64,000 nucleotides of DNA from an uncultured Chloroflexia bacterium. Its GTDB lineage: Bacteria > Chloroflexota > Limnocylindria > Limnocylindrales > CSP1-4. This document shows, piece after piece, positions 10,043 to 19,921 of this stretch. Each line of letters opens with the position of its first letter. Within the stretch, counting starts at the first letter, position 1. The notes below the pieces were generated by a model. It saw nothing but the letters and a program-made list of their open reading frames with translations, was not told where the DNA came from and did not search any database. Position numbers and translations under genes: made by a program. The DNA lies in the NCBI GenBank assembly GCA_963720755.1, contig CAVRGP010000011.1, positions 864,001 to 928,000 of the forward strand. Direction: 5' to 3'.

Positions 10043-10998
10043 CGGTGCGGCGGGCCGACGGCTCGCGCGTCCGGACCGTGTTCCTGGGCAGTGGTCCATT
10101 CGCGACCGGGATCCTCGATGTCCTTGCCGCGCATCCAGCCGTCGATGTCGTCGGTGTGGTCACGGCGCCGCCGCGCCCGGCAGGACGCGGTCGACAGCTC
10201 GAGCCGACCGTCATCGAGCGGCGAGCTCGAGCGCTCGTCATCGAGCGAATCCTGACGCCCGAACGTCTTCGTGCCGCCGACGCCACCGAGTCCGTGCTGG
10301 CGCTCGAGCCCGGGTTAGTCGTCCTGGCCGACTACGGCCAGCTGGTTCCCGGCGCGATCCTGCGCGTGGCGCATGGGGCGCTCAACCTGCATCCATCGCT
10401 CCTGCCCAGGCACCGGGGGGCGACGCCCATCCCGGCGGCGATCCTGGCCGGCGATCGACAGACCGGCGTCACGTTGATGCAGATGGATGAGGGATTGGAC
10501 ACCGGCCCGATCGCAGCGCAGCGGATCTGGCCGCTGGACGGGACCGAGACCGCGCCCATCCTCGGATCGAGCCTGGGTCACCTTGCGGCGGAGCTTCTGG
10601 CCGAGGAACTCGGGCGGTGGCTGGATGGCGCGATCGCCCCGGTCGCCCAACCGGTCGACGGCGTGACCGTCACCCGCGCTCTTCGCCGAGAAGACGGAAG
10701 GCTGGATCCGCGCCACTCGAGCGCCGCCCTGGAACGGCAGGTTCGCGCCTACCAGCCCTGGCCGGGATCGTTCATCGACACGATCGCCGGTCGGATCGTC
10801 GTCTGGAGGGCAGCCGATGCTGACCGGACGGGATCGGCCCTCGCCGGGGAGCTCGACCCGATCGGTCTGGCGACCGGTGACGGGCGTCGGCTCATACTCG
10901 AGGAAGTCCAGCCGGCCGGACGCGGGCGGATGTCCTGGGACGCGCTCCTCCGCGGTCGTCCGTCCCTTATCGGCAGCACGGTCGTCCCGGGTCGATGA
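10039..10998 (+). CDS. fmt: Methionyl-tRNA formyltransferase
   Basis: NLHPSLLPRHRGATP and LDTGPI; follows def. Confidence 0.96.
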   Translation: MTVRRADGSRVRTVFLGSGPFATGILDVLAAHPAVDVVGVVTAPPRPAGRGRQLEPTVIERRARALVIERILTPERLRAADATESVLALEPGLVVLADYGQLVPGAILRVAHGALNLHPSLLPRHRGATPIPAAILAGDRQTGVTLMQMDEGLDTGPIAAQRIWPLDGTETAPILGSSLGHLAAELLAEELGRWLDGAIAPVAQPVDGVTVTRALRREDGRLDPRHSSAALERQVRAYQPWPGSFIDTIAGRIVVWRAADADRTGSALAGELDPIGLATGDGRRLILEEVQPAGRGRMSWDALLRGRPSLIGSTVVPGR

Positions 10999-11020
10999 AC
11001 CCGTGCGCTAGCATCGACCG

Positions 11021-12199
11021 GTGACGATCGATCCGCGCCCAGGCTTGTCGGGGCTCCAACCCGATGCCCTCGCGCGCTGGCTCGATGAGCGATCGCTCGA
11101 GGGGTACCGAGGTCGGCAGATCGCCGACGCCGTGTGGGGCGGCAGGGTGGGCTCCATCGACGAGATCCAGACGCTCCCCGCGATCCTGCGCGACGGGCTC
11201 GCCGATGCGTTCCAGTTCGATACGCTGTACTCCACGGAGCGAACGGAGGCCGATGGTGGGCTGACCGAGAAGGGGCTCCACACCTTGGCCGACGGCGCCC
11301 TCATCGAGTCGGTCCTGATGCACTACCCGGCCAGGGCCGGCTCCCGTGAGCGACACACGCTGTGCATCTCGAGCCAGGCGGGGTGTGCGGTCGGTTGCCC
11401 GTTTTGTGCGACCGGGGAACTCGGCTTCGGGCGCGACCTCGAGGTGGCCGAGATCGTGGACCAGGTACGGTCTGCCTCGCGCCGCCTGATCGCCGACGGG
11501 AAGCGGTTGACCAACATCGTGTTCATGGGGATGGGCGAGCCGCTCCTCAATCTCGATCGCGTCCTGGCGGCGATCGAGGCGCTCAACGATCCACGCCGAT
11601 TCGGCCTCGGCGCGCGCCACATCACGGTCTCCACGTCGGGAGTGGTGCCCGGGATCCGGCGGCTCACCGCGCTCGGCCCACAATTCACTCTGGCCGTCTC
11701 GCTGCACGCTGCCCGCGACCCGTTGCGCGACGTGCTGGTGCCCCTGAACCGCCGCTGGCCGGTTGCGGAAGTCGTCGCGGCCGCGCGCGATCATTCGCGA
11801 GCGACGGGTCGACGGATCAGCTACGAGGTCACCATGATCGGCGGGGTGAACGACACGGAGGCGGATGCGGAGGCGATGGTGGACCTGCTGCGGGGCGACC
11901 ACGCCCATGTCAACCTGATCCCGATGAACGCCGTCGCCCACACGCCGTGGACCGCCAGTCCGATGCCGGTGATCGAGCGGTTCGCGGCGACCCTCCGGGC
12001 GACCGGGATCGAGACGACCATCCGTCGGAACCGCGGCGCGGAAGTCGGGGCGGCGTGTGGCCAGCTGGCTGCCGAACGGGCAGGTGAGCCGCCGGCGCCG
12101 GCGGTCGCTCGACGCCGGGCGCGACTCATCGCGGAGAGCGCAGCCGCATTCCAGGGCCGGCGCAGCGATGAGCGGGCGCCAGTCGGGACGGGGGACTGA
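11021..12199 (+). CDS. rlmN: 23S rRNA m2A2503 radical-SAM methyltransferase
   Basis: CISSQAGCAVGCPFC, MGMGEP and AACGQL motifs. Confidence 0.96.
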   Translation: MTIDPRPGLSGLQPDALARWLDERSLEGYRGRQIADAVWGGRVGSIDEIQTLPAILRDGLADAFQFDTLYSTERTEADGGLTEKGLHTLADGALIESVLMHYPARAGSRERHTLCISSQAGCAVGCPFCATGELGFGRDLEVAEIVDQVRSASRRLIADGKRLTNIVFMGMGEPLLNLDRVLAAIEALNDPRRFGLGARHITVSTSGVVPGIRRLTALGPQFTLAVSLHAARDPLRDVLVPLNRRWPVAEVVAAARDHSRATGRRISYEVTMIGGVNDTEADAEAMVDLLRGDHAHVNLIPMNAVAHTPWTASPMPVIERFAATLRATGIETTIRRNRGAEVGAACGQLAAERAGEPPAPAVARRRARLIAESAAAFQGRRSDERAPVGTGD

Positions 12200-12201
12200 T
12201 C

Positions 12202-13197
12202 GTGGCGGACGGTCGGGCCCGGGTCGCCGCCAGCATCCTCGACGCGGACCTGTCGAACCTCGGTCATGCGGTCCGTCGCGTCGAACGGGCCGGTGCGGAC
12301 CGGATCCACCTGGATGTCATGGACGCGCACTTCGTGCCGAACCTGACGTTCGGAGCCAAGACGATCAAGCACCTCCGCCGCCGCACCGAACTGCCATTCG
12401 ACGCTCACCTCATGGTGGACGAGCCGGGTCGGTTCCTCGACGAGTATCTCGACGCCGGGTGCGATTCGATCACGGTCCACGTCGAGATCGAGGAACCGAT
12501 CGCGCCGACGCTCCAACGGATCAAGGAGGCGGGCCGCGCTGCCGGCCTGGCCGTGAAGCCGGGGACCCCGTTGACCGCGCTCGAGCCGTATCAGGAGCTC
12601 CTCGACATCGTCCTGGTGATGACGGTCGAGCCTGGGTTCGGTGGCCAGACGTTCATGCGCGACGTGGCGGCCGCCAAGCTCCTGGCGGCACGCGACCTCC
12701 TTCGACACAAGGCCTACGGCGGGGAGGTGCATGTCGACGGCGGGATCAACCGAGAGACGGCGGAATTCGCCGGCGGGCTCGGGGTCGACGTCCTCGTGGT
12801 TGGATCCGCACTCTTCCTCAGGGGCCGGGACATGGGTCGCGAGATCCGATTGATCCGGGCGCTCGCGGACGAGGGCTACCAGTACAACCTGAACGACGGG
12901 GTCCCGCCGATACCGCGCGACCGGATGGTCGCGTTCACCTCCCTGCCGCGGCATCTGAGCGTGAAGTTGATGGAGCAGATCGAAGCGGGCGGCATCCCGG
13001 TCATCATGCTCCGCGGCGATGGCCAGCTGAACCCGGACGGCGTGCGCGACTACGACCTGCTCGTGCCCGCCTCGACCGAAGCGGTCGTGGTCGAGCGGCA
13101 TTCGGCGGCCCGGGCGGCCCTCCAGGACGAGGCAGTCTCCTGGCGGAGCGCCTTCGTGGCCGAGCACGGGATCGTCCCGCCGCCGACCAATTCGTGA
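12202..13197 (+). CDS. rpe: Ribulose-phosphate 3-epimerase with a ~105-aa C-terminal extension
   Basis: HLDVMD, HLMV, MTVEPGFGGQ and VDGG motifs; stop overlaps the dtd GTG. Confidence 0.93.
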   Translation: MADGRARVAASILDADLSNLGHAVRRVERAGADRIHLDVMDAHFVPNLTFGAKTIKHLRRRTELPFDAHLMVDEPGRFLDEYLDAGCDSITVHVEIEEPIAPTLQRIKEAGRAAGLAVKPGTPLTALEPYQELLDIVLVMTVEPGFGGQTFMRDVAAAKLLAARDLLRHKAYGGEVHVDGGINRETAEFAGGLGVDVLVVGSALFLRGRDMGREIRLIRALADEGYQYNLNDGVPPIPRDRMVAFTSLPRHLSVKLMEQIEAGGIPVIMLRGDGQLNPDGVRDYDLLVPASTEAVVVERHSAARAALQDEAVSWRSAFVAEHGIVPPPTNS

Positions 13198-13640
13198 GAG
13201 CCCTCCTCCAGCGGACGAGCAGCGCGGAAGTCCGGATCGGTGACGAGGTGGTCGGGGCGATCGATCAGGGCCTCGTGGTGTTCCTCGGGGTGGGTCCCGA
13301 TGACGATGAGCGGATCGGCCGTGACCTAGCTACCAGGGTGGCCGATATCCGGATCTTCCGGGACGAGGCGGGCCGGACGAACCGGTCGCTCCGGGAGGTC
13401 CACGGTAGTGCTCTGGTCGTATCCCAGTTCACGCTCTACGCGGATACCCGTCGAGGGCGTCGACCAGGGTTCACCGGTGCGGCGCAGCCCGAACTGGCAC
13501 AGCGCTGCTACGAGCGATTCGTCGAGGCGCTGACCGGTCTCGGGGTCACGGTCGCGACGGGCCGGTTTGGCGCGGAGATGGCGGTCAGCCTCGTCAACGA
13601 CGGCCCATTCACGATCTGGCTCGATACCGCCGATCGGTAG
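13194..13640 (+). CDS. dtd: D-aminoacyl-tRNA deacylase
   Basis: (M)RALLQR, SQFTL and NDGPFT motifs; GTGA overlap with rpe. Confidence 0.95.
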   Translation: MRALLQRTSSAEVRIGDEVVGAIDQGLVVFLGVGPDDDERIGRDLATRVADIRIFRDEAGRTNRSLREVHGSALVVSQFTLYADTRRGRRPGFTGAAQPELAQRCYERFVEALTGLGVTVATGRFGAEMAVSLVNDGPFTIWLDTADR

Positions 13641-13658
13641 GGCAGGGGAGGCGGACGA

Positions 13659-13856
13659 CTACCGGGACGCCTTGAGCATCGTCCGCCGGCAGCGAGTACA
13701 GACGAGGGCCTTCGTCGGCTGACCCTTCTTCTCGATGACGAGCGGCTGGAGGTTCGGTTTCATCCGGCGGTGGGCTCGAACGCGGTTCATCCCCGAAGAC
13801 TGGGGGTTGAAGCCGCCCATCGATACCTTGCCGCAGATCGCGCAGGAGCGGGCCAT
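13659..13856 (-). CDS. rpmB: 50S ribosomal protein L28 (zinc-binding C+ form)
   Basis: MARSCAICGK...PNLQ...VCTRC; divergent from yloU as in Firmicutes. Confidence 0.93.
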   Translation of the reverse strand: MARSCAICGKVSMGGFNPQSSGMNRVRAHRRMKPNLQPLVIEKKGQPTKALVCTRCRRTMLKASR

Positions 13857-13917
13857 GCGAGGTCCTCTGGAGGGCGAGATGGAGGTTGCCGTGCCCGGTA
13901 GGGCGCGAACGGAGCGG

Positions 13918-13928
13918 TAGAATAGCAC
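13918..13928. promoter_or_regulatory. Overlapping bidirectional -10 elements (TAGAAT on +, TGcTATTCT on -) for yloU and rpmB
   Basis: TAGAATAGCAC at 13918-13928, in the divergent intergenic region. Confidence 0.6.
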
Positions 13929-13991
13929 ACGGCCCTCGACGACCGTGTCCGGGGATCCTGACCCCGTGTTCGCCAGGAGGACCTCGCCCGC

Positions 13992-14414
13992 GTGCCGATT
14001 CGACCCAACCCCGGCCGATCCCTCGTCACACGCCAGGTCGTCATCGACCTCGTTCGCGCGGCCGCCGTCGGATCGTACGGCGTGACCGGGTTTGCCGGCT
14101 CGTGGCGGAAGCGGCTGCTCGGGCGTCTCGGACTCGCCCAACCGGGGATCGACGTCCACCTCGGGGCCGTCATCGATATCGATCTGGACCTGACGGTGGC
14201 GTACGGCGTGCCGATCGCCGAGGTGGCCCGCCAGGTCAATTCGGCGGTCCGCTACTCGCTCGCCCGGGCGATCGGCCGCGACGTCCGCCGGTTGATGATC
14301 CACATCGATGGCCTCCGGTTCGGACCCGGCGGGATCCCTCCTGCCACGACCGACCGACCGGCCGACGTCGTCGGGCCTCGCGAGTTGGCCGATAGCGGCA
14401 CGGACGTCGCCTGA
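13992..14414 (+). CDS. Asp23/Gls24 family protein (YloU-like)
   Basis: AAVGSYGVTG and YGVPIAEVARQVNSAVRY; lies upstream of the DAK2 gene; AGGAGG at 13975-13980. Confidence 0.88.
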   Translation: MPIRPNPGRSLVTRQVVIDLVRAAAVGSYGVTGFAGSWRKRLLGRLGLAQPGIDVHLGAVIDIDLDLTVAYGVPIAEVARQVNSAVRYSLARAIGRDVRRLMIHIDGLRFGPGGIPPATTDRPADVVGPRELADSGTDVA

Positions 14415-16069
14415 TGGCTCGGCGGGCCTGCGACGGGGACAGCCTGCTCCGCGCCTTCCGCGCCGCCGTCACCAACCTCGAGGCCCACGTCGAGGAGATC
14501 AATGCGCTGAACGTGTACCCCGTGCCCGACGGCGATACCGGTTCGAACATGGTCGCGACCGTGAAGGCCGCCCTCGATGAGGCCGAGCGCGCGGCGGATC
14601 GATCGGCCGAACGAGTCGCGGCCGCGATCAGCTTCGGTGCGCTGATGGGTGCCCGGGGGAACTCGGGTGTCATCACCAGCCAGATCTTCCGCGGCATGGC
14701 CGACGGTCTCGGCGGGAAGAAGCGGTTCAACGGTCTCGATCTCGCGAACGCGCTGGCCATGGGCTCCAAGAGTGCGTATGCCGCGGTCTCCAAGCCGGTC
14801 GAGGGGACCATCCTCACCGTCATCCGGGACTCCGCCGACGCGGCCGTCAGCGCAGCCGAGGCCGACGAGGATATCGAGACGGTCCTGGCAGCGACGCTCG
14901 ATGCAGCCGAGCACTCGGTCGCGAGGACGCCCGGCCTCCTTGCGGTCCTGCGCGAGGCAGGGGTCGTCGACGCCGGCGGCCAGGGACTCTACCGGCTGTT
15001 CCAGGGTGCGCTCCTGTATCTCCTCGGCCAGGCGCCCGCCGGCGCCGGCCGCGATCGCGGACGGACGAGCCCCACGGCCAAGCCGTCCACCTTGGTGGCG
15101 CACGCGGATGAGGGCTTCGGCTACGAGACCATGTTCCTGCTTCGACCGAATGGGTCCGGGGCTCTCGACGTCGACGCGATCCGTGACCATTTCGAATCGA
15201 TCGGCGAGTCGGTCCTCGTGGCCGGCGATCGTCGCGCGCTCAAGATCCACGTCCACAATGAGCGTCCGGACCTGGTCGTCGGCTTCGCACTCGGCATCGG
15301 ATCGATCAGCCGGATCAGTATCGAGAACCTGGACGATCAGGCTCGCGATGTCCGCGAGGCGCGCGCCGTCGCATTCACCGGGCAGGCGGCCGCCCCGGCG
15401 TCGGCCGAGCGTCCCCGGCTGGGGGTCGTCGCGGTGGTCGCCGGCGACGGCCTGGCGGCGATCTTCCGCGATTTCGGCGTTTCCGCCGTGGTCCGGGGCG
15501 GCCAGACGTCGAACCCGAGCACCGGCGAGCTACTGGCCGGGATCGAGGGGGTCGAAGCGCACGAGATCGTCATCCTGCCCAACAACCCGAACGTCATCCT
15601 GGCCGCTCGCCAGGTCGCCGAAATGACCGATCGACCGATGGTCGTCATCCCGACTCGGAATGCCGCCGAGGGCTTCGCCGCGCTGCTGGCACTCGATCCG
15701 ACCCTCGATGCGGCGGCGAATGCCGAACCGATGGCGAAGGCGGCCCGCGAGATCCAGACCCTGGTCGTGACCGAAGCCGTGCGCGACGCGACGATCGGTG
15801 GGCGGAAGGTGAAGCGCGGACAGACGATCGCGCTCGACCCGGACGAAGGATTGGTCGCGTCGGGTAGCGATCGAGGCAAGGCCGTCCTGGCCGCCGTGGC
15901 GGCCCTGACCCCCGGGTACGAGCTGTTGACCTTGTTCTACGGCGATGGCGCGGACCTCGCCGAGTCGGAGGAGATGGCGCGACGGATCGGTTCGGTCGCG
16001 CCCGAGGTCGAGGTCGAGGTCCGTCACGGTGGACAGCCGTTCTACCGGTATCTGATCGCAGCCGAGTAG
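14414..16069 (+). CDS. fakA: DAK2 domain fatty acid kinase subunit (YloV/FakA)
   Basis: INALNVYPVPDGDTGSNM, GARGNSG, DAGG and GGQP..Y motifs. Confidence 0.92.
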   Translation: MARRACDGDSLLRAFRAAVTNLEAHVEEINALNVYPVPDGDTGSNMVATVKAALDEAERAADRSAERVAAAISFGALMGARGNSGVITSQIFRGMADGLGGKKRFNGLDLANALAMGSKSAYAAVSKPVEGTILTVIRDSADAAVSAAEADEDIETVLAATLDAAEHSVARTPGLLAVLREAGVVDAGGQGLYRLFQGALLYLLGQAPAGAGRDRGRTSPTAKPSTLVAHADEGFGYETMFLLRPNGSGALDVDAIRDHFESIGESVLVAGDRRALKIHVHNERPDLVVGFALGIGSISRISIENLDDQARDVREARAVAFTGQAAAPASAERPRLGVVAVVAGDGLAAIFRDFGVSAVVRGGQTSNPSTGELLAGIEGVEAHEIVILPNNPNVILAARQVAEMTDRPMVVIPTRNAAEGFAALLALDPTLDAAANAEPMAKAAREIQTLVVTEAVRDATIGGRKVKRGQTIALDPDEGLVASGSDRGKAVLAAVAALTPGYELLTLFYGDGADLAESEEMARRIGSVAPEVEVEVRHGGQPFYRYLIAAE

Positions 16070-16071
16070 GC

Positions 16072-18246
16072 GTGGCCAGGGCAGCGCGACAGGCTCCGCC
16101 ACCGACCGATCCGGTCGAGTTGCTGTCGACGCCGCTGGCATCGTCGGGCCTCGTGGCGGGCGCCACCCTTCGTCGGGCCGGGATCAAACTCGATTTCTAC
16201 ACCGTCCGTGACCTGCTCTTCCACCTCCCGCGACGCTACGACGACCTCCGAGAGATGCGGAAGCTCGGCGACGTCGGCTGGGCCGGGGATGGGACCGTCG
16301 TCTCTGCCCGGGCCAGAGTCGCCGACATCCGGGTCGAGCCCGGCTTCCGTGGCCGAACGCAGCGGACCATCGCCCGCCTCGTGGACGACACCGGGTCGAT
16401 CGACGCCACCTGGTTCGGGCGACGCTTCATCGAGCGCCGGCTGGAGGTCGGCGGTGAGATCGTGGTGTCCGGCAAGGTCAAGCACTTCGGTCGTCGACTG
16501 ACCCTGGACAACCCGGAGTTCCAGGTCGTCGATGGTGAGACCGAGCTCCTCCACGCGGGCCGCATCGTGCCGGTCTATCGGCTCACCGGCGGTCTGACCG
16601 CCGCCCGCCTGCGGACCGCCATCCGGGAGGCGCTCGACCGGGCCGGTGATGCCTATCCGGAGTACCTGCCCGGATCGATCGTCGCCGACGAGCAGCTCGT
16701 CCCGATCGCCCGGGCGATCGAAGAGGCGCACTACCCCGACTCGTTCGAGGGCCGGGATGCGGCGCTCCGCCGCCTCGCGTTCGATGAATTGCTGGCCCTG
16801 CAACTGGGCATGGTGGCGCGCCGGCGTCAGCGCGTCCGCGATGCGGCCCCGGAGGTGACCGTCGATCCGGCGACCGACCGCCAGATCCGGGCCGGGCTGA
16901 CCGCCGCGCTGACCATTCGCGTCGGTCGCCCGGTCGAGCTCACCACGGACCAGGGATCCGCGATGACCGCCATCCGCGACGACCTTGCCCGCTCGATGCC
17001 GATGCTCCGGTTGCTCCAGGGCGACGTGGGCTCCGGGAAGACCGCGGTTGCTGCCTACGCCCTGGCCGCGACCGCGGGGGCCGGGCTCCAAGGGGCCCTT
17101 CTGGCACCGACGGATCTCCTGGCTCGACAGCATCTTGAAACCGTCGGCGCCCTGCTCGAGGAAGTCGGTATCGGGGTGACGCTGCTGACCGGTTCGCTGA
17201 AGGCCGACGTGAAAGCCAAGGCCGTCGAGGCCATCGCCACCGGGCAGGCGAGGGTGGTGGTCGGGACCCACGCACTGATCCAGGAAGCCGTGACCTTCGC
17301 CGATCTGGGTCTCGTGGTGATCGATGAGCAGCATCGCTTCGGCGTCGACCAGCGCGGTGCCCTGGAGGCCAAGGCGGGCGGGCGGTCGCCGCACGTCCTG
17401 CTCATGACGGCAACGCCGATCCCGCGGACGCTCGGACAGGTCCTGTACGCCGATCTCGATGTCTCAGACCTGCGGACACCACCGGCAGGTCGTGTCCGGA
17501 TCAGGACCGGGATCCGTCATCCGACCGACCTCGACGGGACCTGGCGGAAGGTTCGTGACGAAGCCGCGCTCGGCCATCGGACATTCGTCGTGGTCCCACT
17601 CATCGAGGACAGCGGCGATGAGGGTGACGGTGCGGTCGCGGCGGAAACAGAGGCGGTCAGGATCGCCGCCCTGCTCGACCCGTTGCGGGTGGGCATGGTC
17701 CACGGTCGGCTCAAACCAGCCCGACGCGACGAGGAGATGCGTCGGTTCCGTGACGGCGAGCTGGATGTCCTCGTGGGCACGACCGTGATCGAGGTCGGGG
17801 TCGATGTGCCGGCCGCGACGATGATGGTCGTGGAGGGAGCGGACCGCTTTGGACTCGCCCAACTCCACCAATTGCGTGGTCGGGTCGGTCGGGCGTCGGA
17901 CGAGTCGTACTGCGTGCTCGTATCCGATTCGAGCGATGAGGTCGCGCAGGCCCGACTCAAGGCGGTGGCGGAGACGCACGACGGCTTCGAACTTGCCGAG
18001 CGCGACTTCGAATTGCGGCGTGAAGGCGACGTTCTGGGCCTGGCCCAGAGTGGGTTCCCGCGCCTGCGCGTCGCGTCGCTCCAGATCCACGAGCATCGTC
18101 AGCTCGCCGTTCGTGCCAGGTTCCACGCGGAGGCACTGCTCGACGCCGCCGGACGGATGGACCCGGCCCGGCCGGCGTTGAGCGCTGAACTCGAGGCCGG
18201 GTGGTTGCGCCGGGTCGCGGCCGGCGAACCGGCAAGTGGCGCATGA
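16072..18246 (+). CDS. recG: ATP-dependent DNA helicase RecG
   Basis: GDVGSGKT, DEQHRFG, TATPIPRT and QLHQLRGRVGR motifs. Confidence 0.97.
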   Translation: MARAARQAPPPTDPVELLSTPLASSGLVAGATLRRAGIKLDFYTVRDLLFHLPRRYDDLREMRKLGDVGWAGDGTVVSARARVADIRVEPGFRGRTQRTIARLVDDTGSIDATWFGRRFIERRLEVGGEIVVSGKVKHFGRRLTLDNPEFQVVDGETELLHAGRIVPVYRLTGGLTAARLRTAIREALDRAGDAYPEYLPGSIVADEQLVPIARAIEEAHYPDSFEGRDAALRRLAFDELLALQLGMVARRRQRVRDAAPEVTVDPATDRQIRAGLTAALTIRVGRPVELTTDQGSAMTAIRDDLARSMPMLRLLQGDVGSGKTAVAAYALAATAGAGLQGALLAPTDLLARQHLETVGALLEEVGIGVTLLTGSLKADVKAKAVEAIATGQARVVVGTHALIQEAVTFADLGLVVIDEQHRFGVDQRGALEAKAGGRSPHVLLMTATPIPRTLGQVLYADLDVSDLRTPPAGRVRIRTGIRHPTDLDGTWRKVRDEAALGHRTFVVVPLIEDSGDEGDGAVAAETEAVRIAALLDPLRVGMVHGRLKPARRDEEMRRFRDGELDVLVGTTVIEVGVDVPAATMMVVEGADRFGLAQLHQLRGRVGRASDESYCVLVSDSSDEVAQARLKAVAETHDGFELAERDFELRREGDVLGLAQSGFPRLRVASLQIHEHRQLAVRARFHAEALLDAAGRMDPARPALSAELEAGWLRRVAAGEPASGA

Positions 18247-18821
18247 GCGGCGCGGCCGCCGGCCGGATCATCGCCGGGTCCGCCCGGGGTACCCGGTTGG
18301 ACGCACCCGGACCCGGCACCCGGCCGCTGGGGGATCGGGTCAAGCAGACGCTCTTCGCGATCCTCGCTCCCGATCTGCCGGGCTCCCGTGTCCTCGACTT
18401 GTTCGCGGGATCCGGGGCGGCCGGGCTCGAGGCGTTGTCGCGGGGCGCGGCCCACGCCACGTTCGTCGACCGGGATCGGATCGCCGTCGAGGTCATCGCC
18501 CGAAATCTTGCGCGAACGCACCTCGCAGGAGCCGCCGCCACGATCGTCCGAGCCGAGGCGTTGGGCTGGTTGCGCGGACTCGGCGCCGACCGTCTTGGCG
18601 AGTTCGACGTCGCGATCGTGGATCCGCCATATGCGGAACCCGGCCTGCTGGCGGCCGCCCTCGAAGCCCTCGCGCCCTACCTGTCCGAGGACGCCCGGGT
18701 CGTCGCCAAGCATTTCTGGCGCGACCGACCGCCACCGGCCGTGGGACTGCTAGCATCGGAGCGCGAACGTCGGTTCGGGGAGACCACCCTCACCTTCTAC
18801 CGCGCACAGGAGGATCGATGA
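18243..18821 (+). CDS. rsmD: 16S rRNA m2G966 methyltransferase
   Basis: RIIAG, DLFAGSG and DPPY motifs. Confidence 0.93.
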   Translation: MSGAAAGRIIAGSARGTRLDAPGPGTRPLGDRVKQTLFAILAPDLPGSRVLDLFAGSGAAGLEALSRGAAHATFVDRDRIAVEVIARNLARTHLAGAAATIVRAEALGWLRGLGADRLGEFDVAIVDPPYAEPGLLAAALEALAPYLSEDARVVAKHFWRDRPPPAVGLLASERERRFGETTLTFYRAQEDR

Positions 18822-19315
18822 ACACGATCGCGGTCTATCCGGGGTCGTTCGACCCGATCACGAACGGCCACCTTGACATCGTGGCCCGCGCCACGGACGT
18901 CTTCGACCGGGTGATCGTGGCGGTCCTCGCCAACCCGCGCAAGGCGCCACTGTTCCCGGTCGACCAGCGCATCGGGATCATCGCCGAGGCGCTGGCGGGG
19001 ACCCGGGTCGATCCGAGCCGCTTCGAGATCACCGCGTTCGATGGCCTGACGGTGGCCCTGTGCCACGAGCAGGGGGCGACGGCGATCGTTCGAGGGTTGC
19101 GGGCGATCAGCGACTTCGAGACAGAGATGCAGCTCGCCCACAACAACCGCATCCTCGCCCCGGATGTGGACACGGTCTTCTTCATGACCGCGAGCGCCAA
19201 CGGCTACGTGAGTTCGAGCCTGGTCAAGGAGATCGCGAGCCTGGGTGGTGACGTGTCCGCGATGATCCCGGCCGCGGCCCTCCGGGCGCTTGACGGCGCA
19301 GTTCGAACCGGCTGA
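18818..19315 (+). CDS. coaD: Pantetheine-phosphate adenylyltransferase
   Basis: YPGSFDPITNGH, RGLR and SSSLVKE motifs. Confidence 0.97.
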   Translation: MNTIAVYPGSFDPITNGHLDIVARATDVFDRVIVAVLANPRKAPLFPVDQRIGIIAEALAGTRVDPSRFEITAFDGLTVALCHEQGATAIVRGLRAISDFETEMQLAHNNRILAPDVDTVFFMTASANGYVSSSLVKEIASLGGDVSAMIPAAALRALDGAVRTG

Positions 19316-19387
19316 CCGGGACGCGCCCGTGCCATACTGGCGGCCAGCCGGATAGACACGAGCCTCGCCAGCCGGGAGGGCAGTCCG

Positions 19388-19921
19388 ATCGACATCATCT
19401 TTCTCGTGGAGCGACTCGAATCGCTGATCGCGAATGGCAAGAAGCTGCCGCTCACGACGAATGTCGTTCTCGACCAGAACGCCGCCCTCGGCCTGATCGA
19501 CGAGCTCCGCGTGGCGGTCCCTGAAGAAGTCCGGGCAGCCAAACGGATCAACGCCGAAGGCGAGCGGATCATCGAGAAGGCCCAGGAAGAGGCTGAACGG
19601 ATCGTCGGTCGCGCCCAGGAGCAGGCCGCCTTCCTCATCGATGAGCGGGGACTGACTCAGGCGGCGGATGCCCAGAGTCAGGCGATCATCGCCGATGCGC
19701 ACGCCACCGCAGACCAGATCCGGGGCGGCGCGGACGAGTACGCCGTCAGCGTGCTCATCGGGCTCGAGGACGACGTCAAGAAGACGCTGACCAGTATCGA
19801 GAAAGGCATCGCGATGCTGGATGAGCGGCGCGCCTCGATCTTGCCCGAGGGCGATGGCGCCGATCCGGATGCCCAGCGGTGGGAAGACGTGGAGGCCGCA
19901 CCAGCCGAAAGTCCGAGGTGA
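19388..19921 (+). CDS. DivIVA/SepIVA-like coiled-coil protein; probable ATC start
   Basis: Typical coaD-X-yceD position. GGAGG at 19375-19379 is followed 8 nt later by ATC GAC ATC ATC TTT CTC GTG GAG (IDIIFLVERLE). TGcCATACT promoter-like element at 19330-19338. Confidence 0.85.
   Translation: MDIIFLVERLESLIANGKKLPLTTNVVLDQNAALGLIDELRVAVPEEVRAAKRINAEGERIIEKAQEEAERIVGRAQEQAAFLIDERGLTQAADAQSQAIIADAHATADQIRGGADEYAVSVLIGLEDDVKKTLTSIEKGIAMLDERRASILPEGDGADPDAQRWEDVEAAPAESPR

Noticed and set aside
12057-13640. 527-aa ORF as an extended Dtd fusion
   Set aside because: The upstream part overlaps rpe in another frame; Dtd homology begins at the GTG at 13194.
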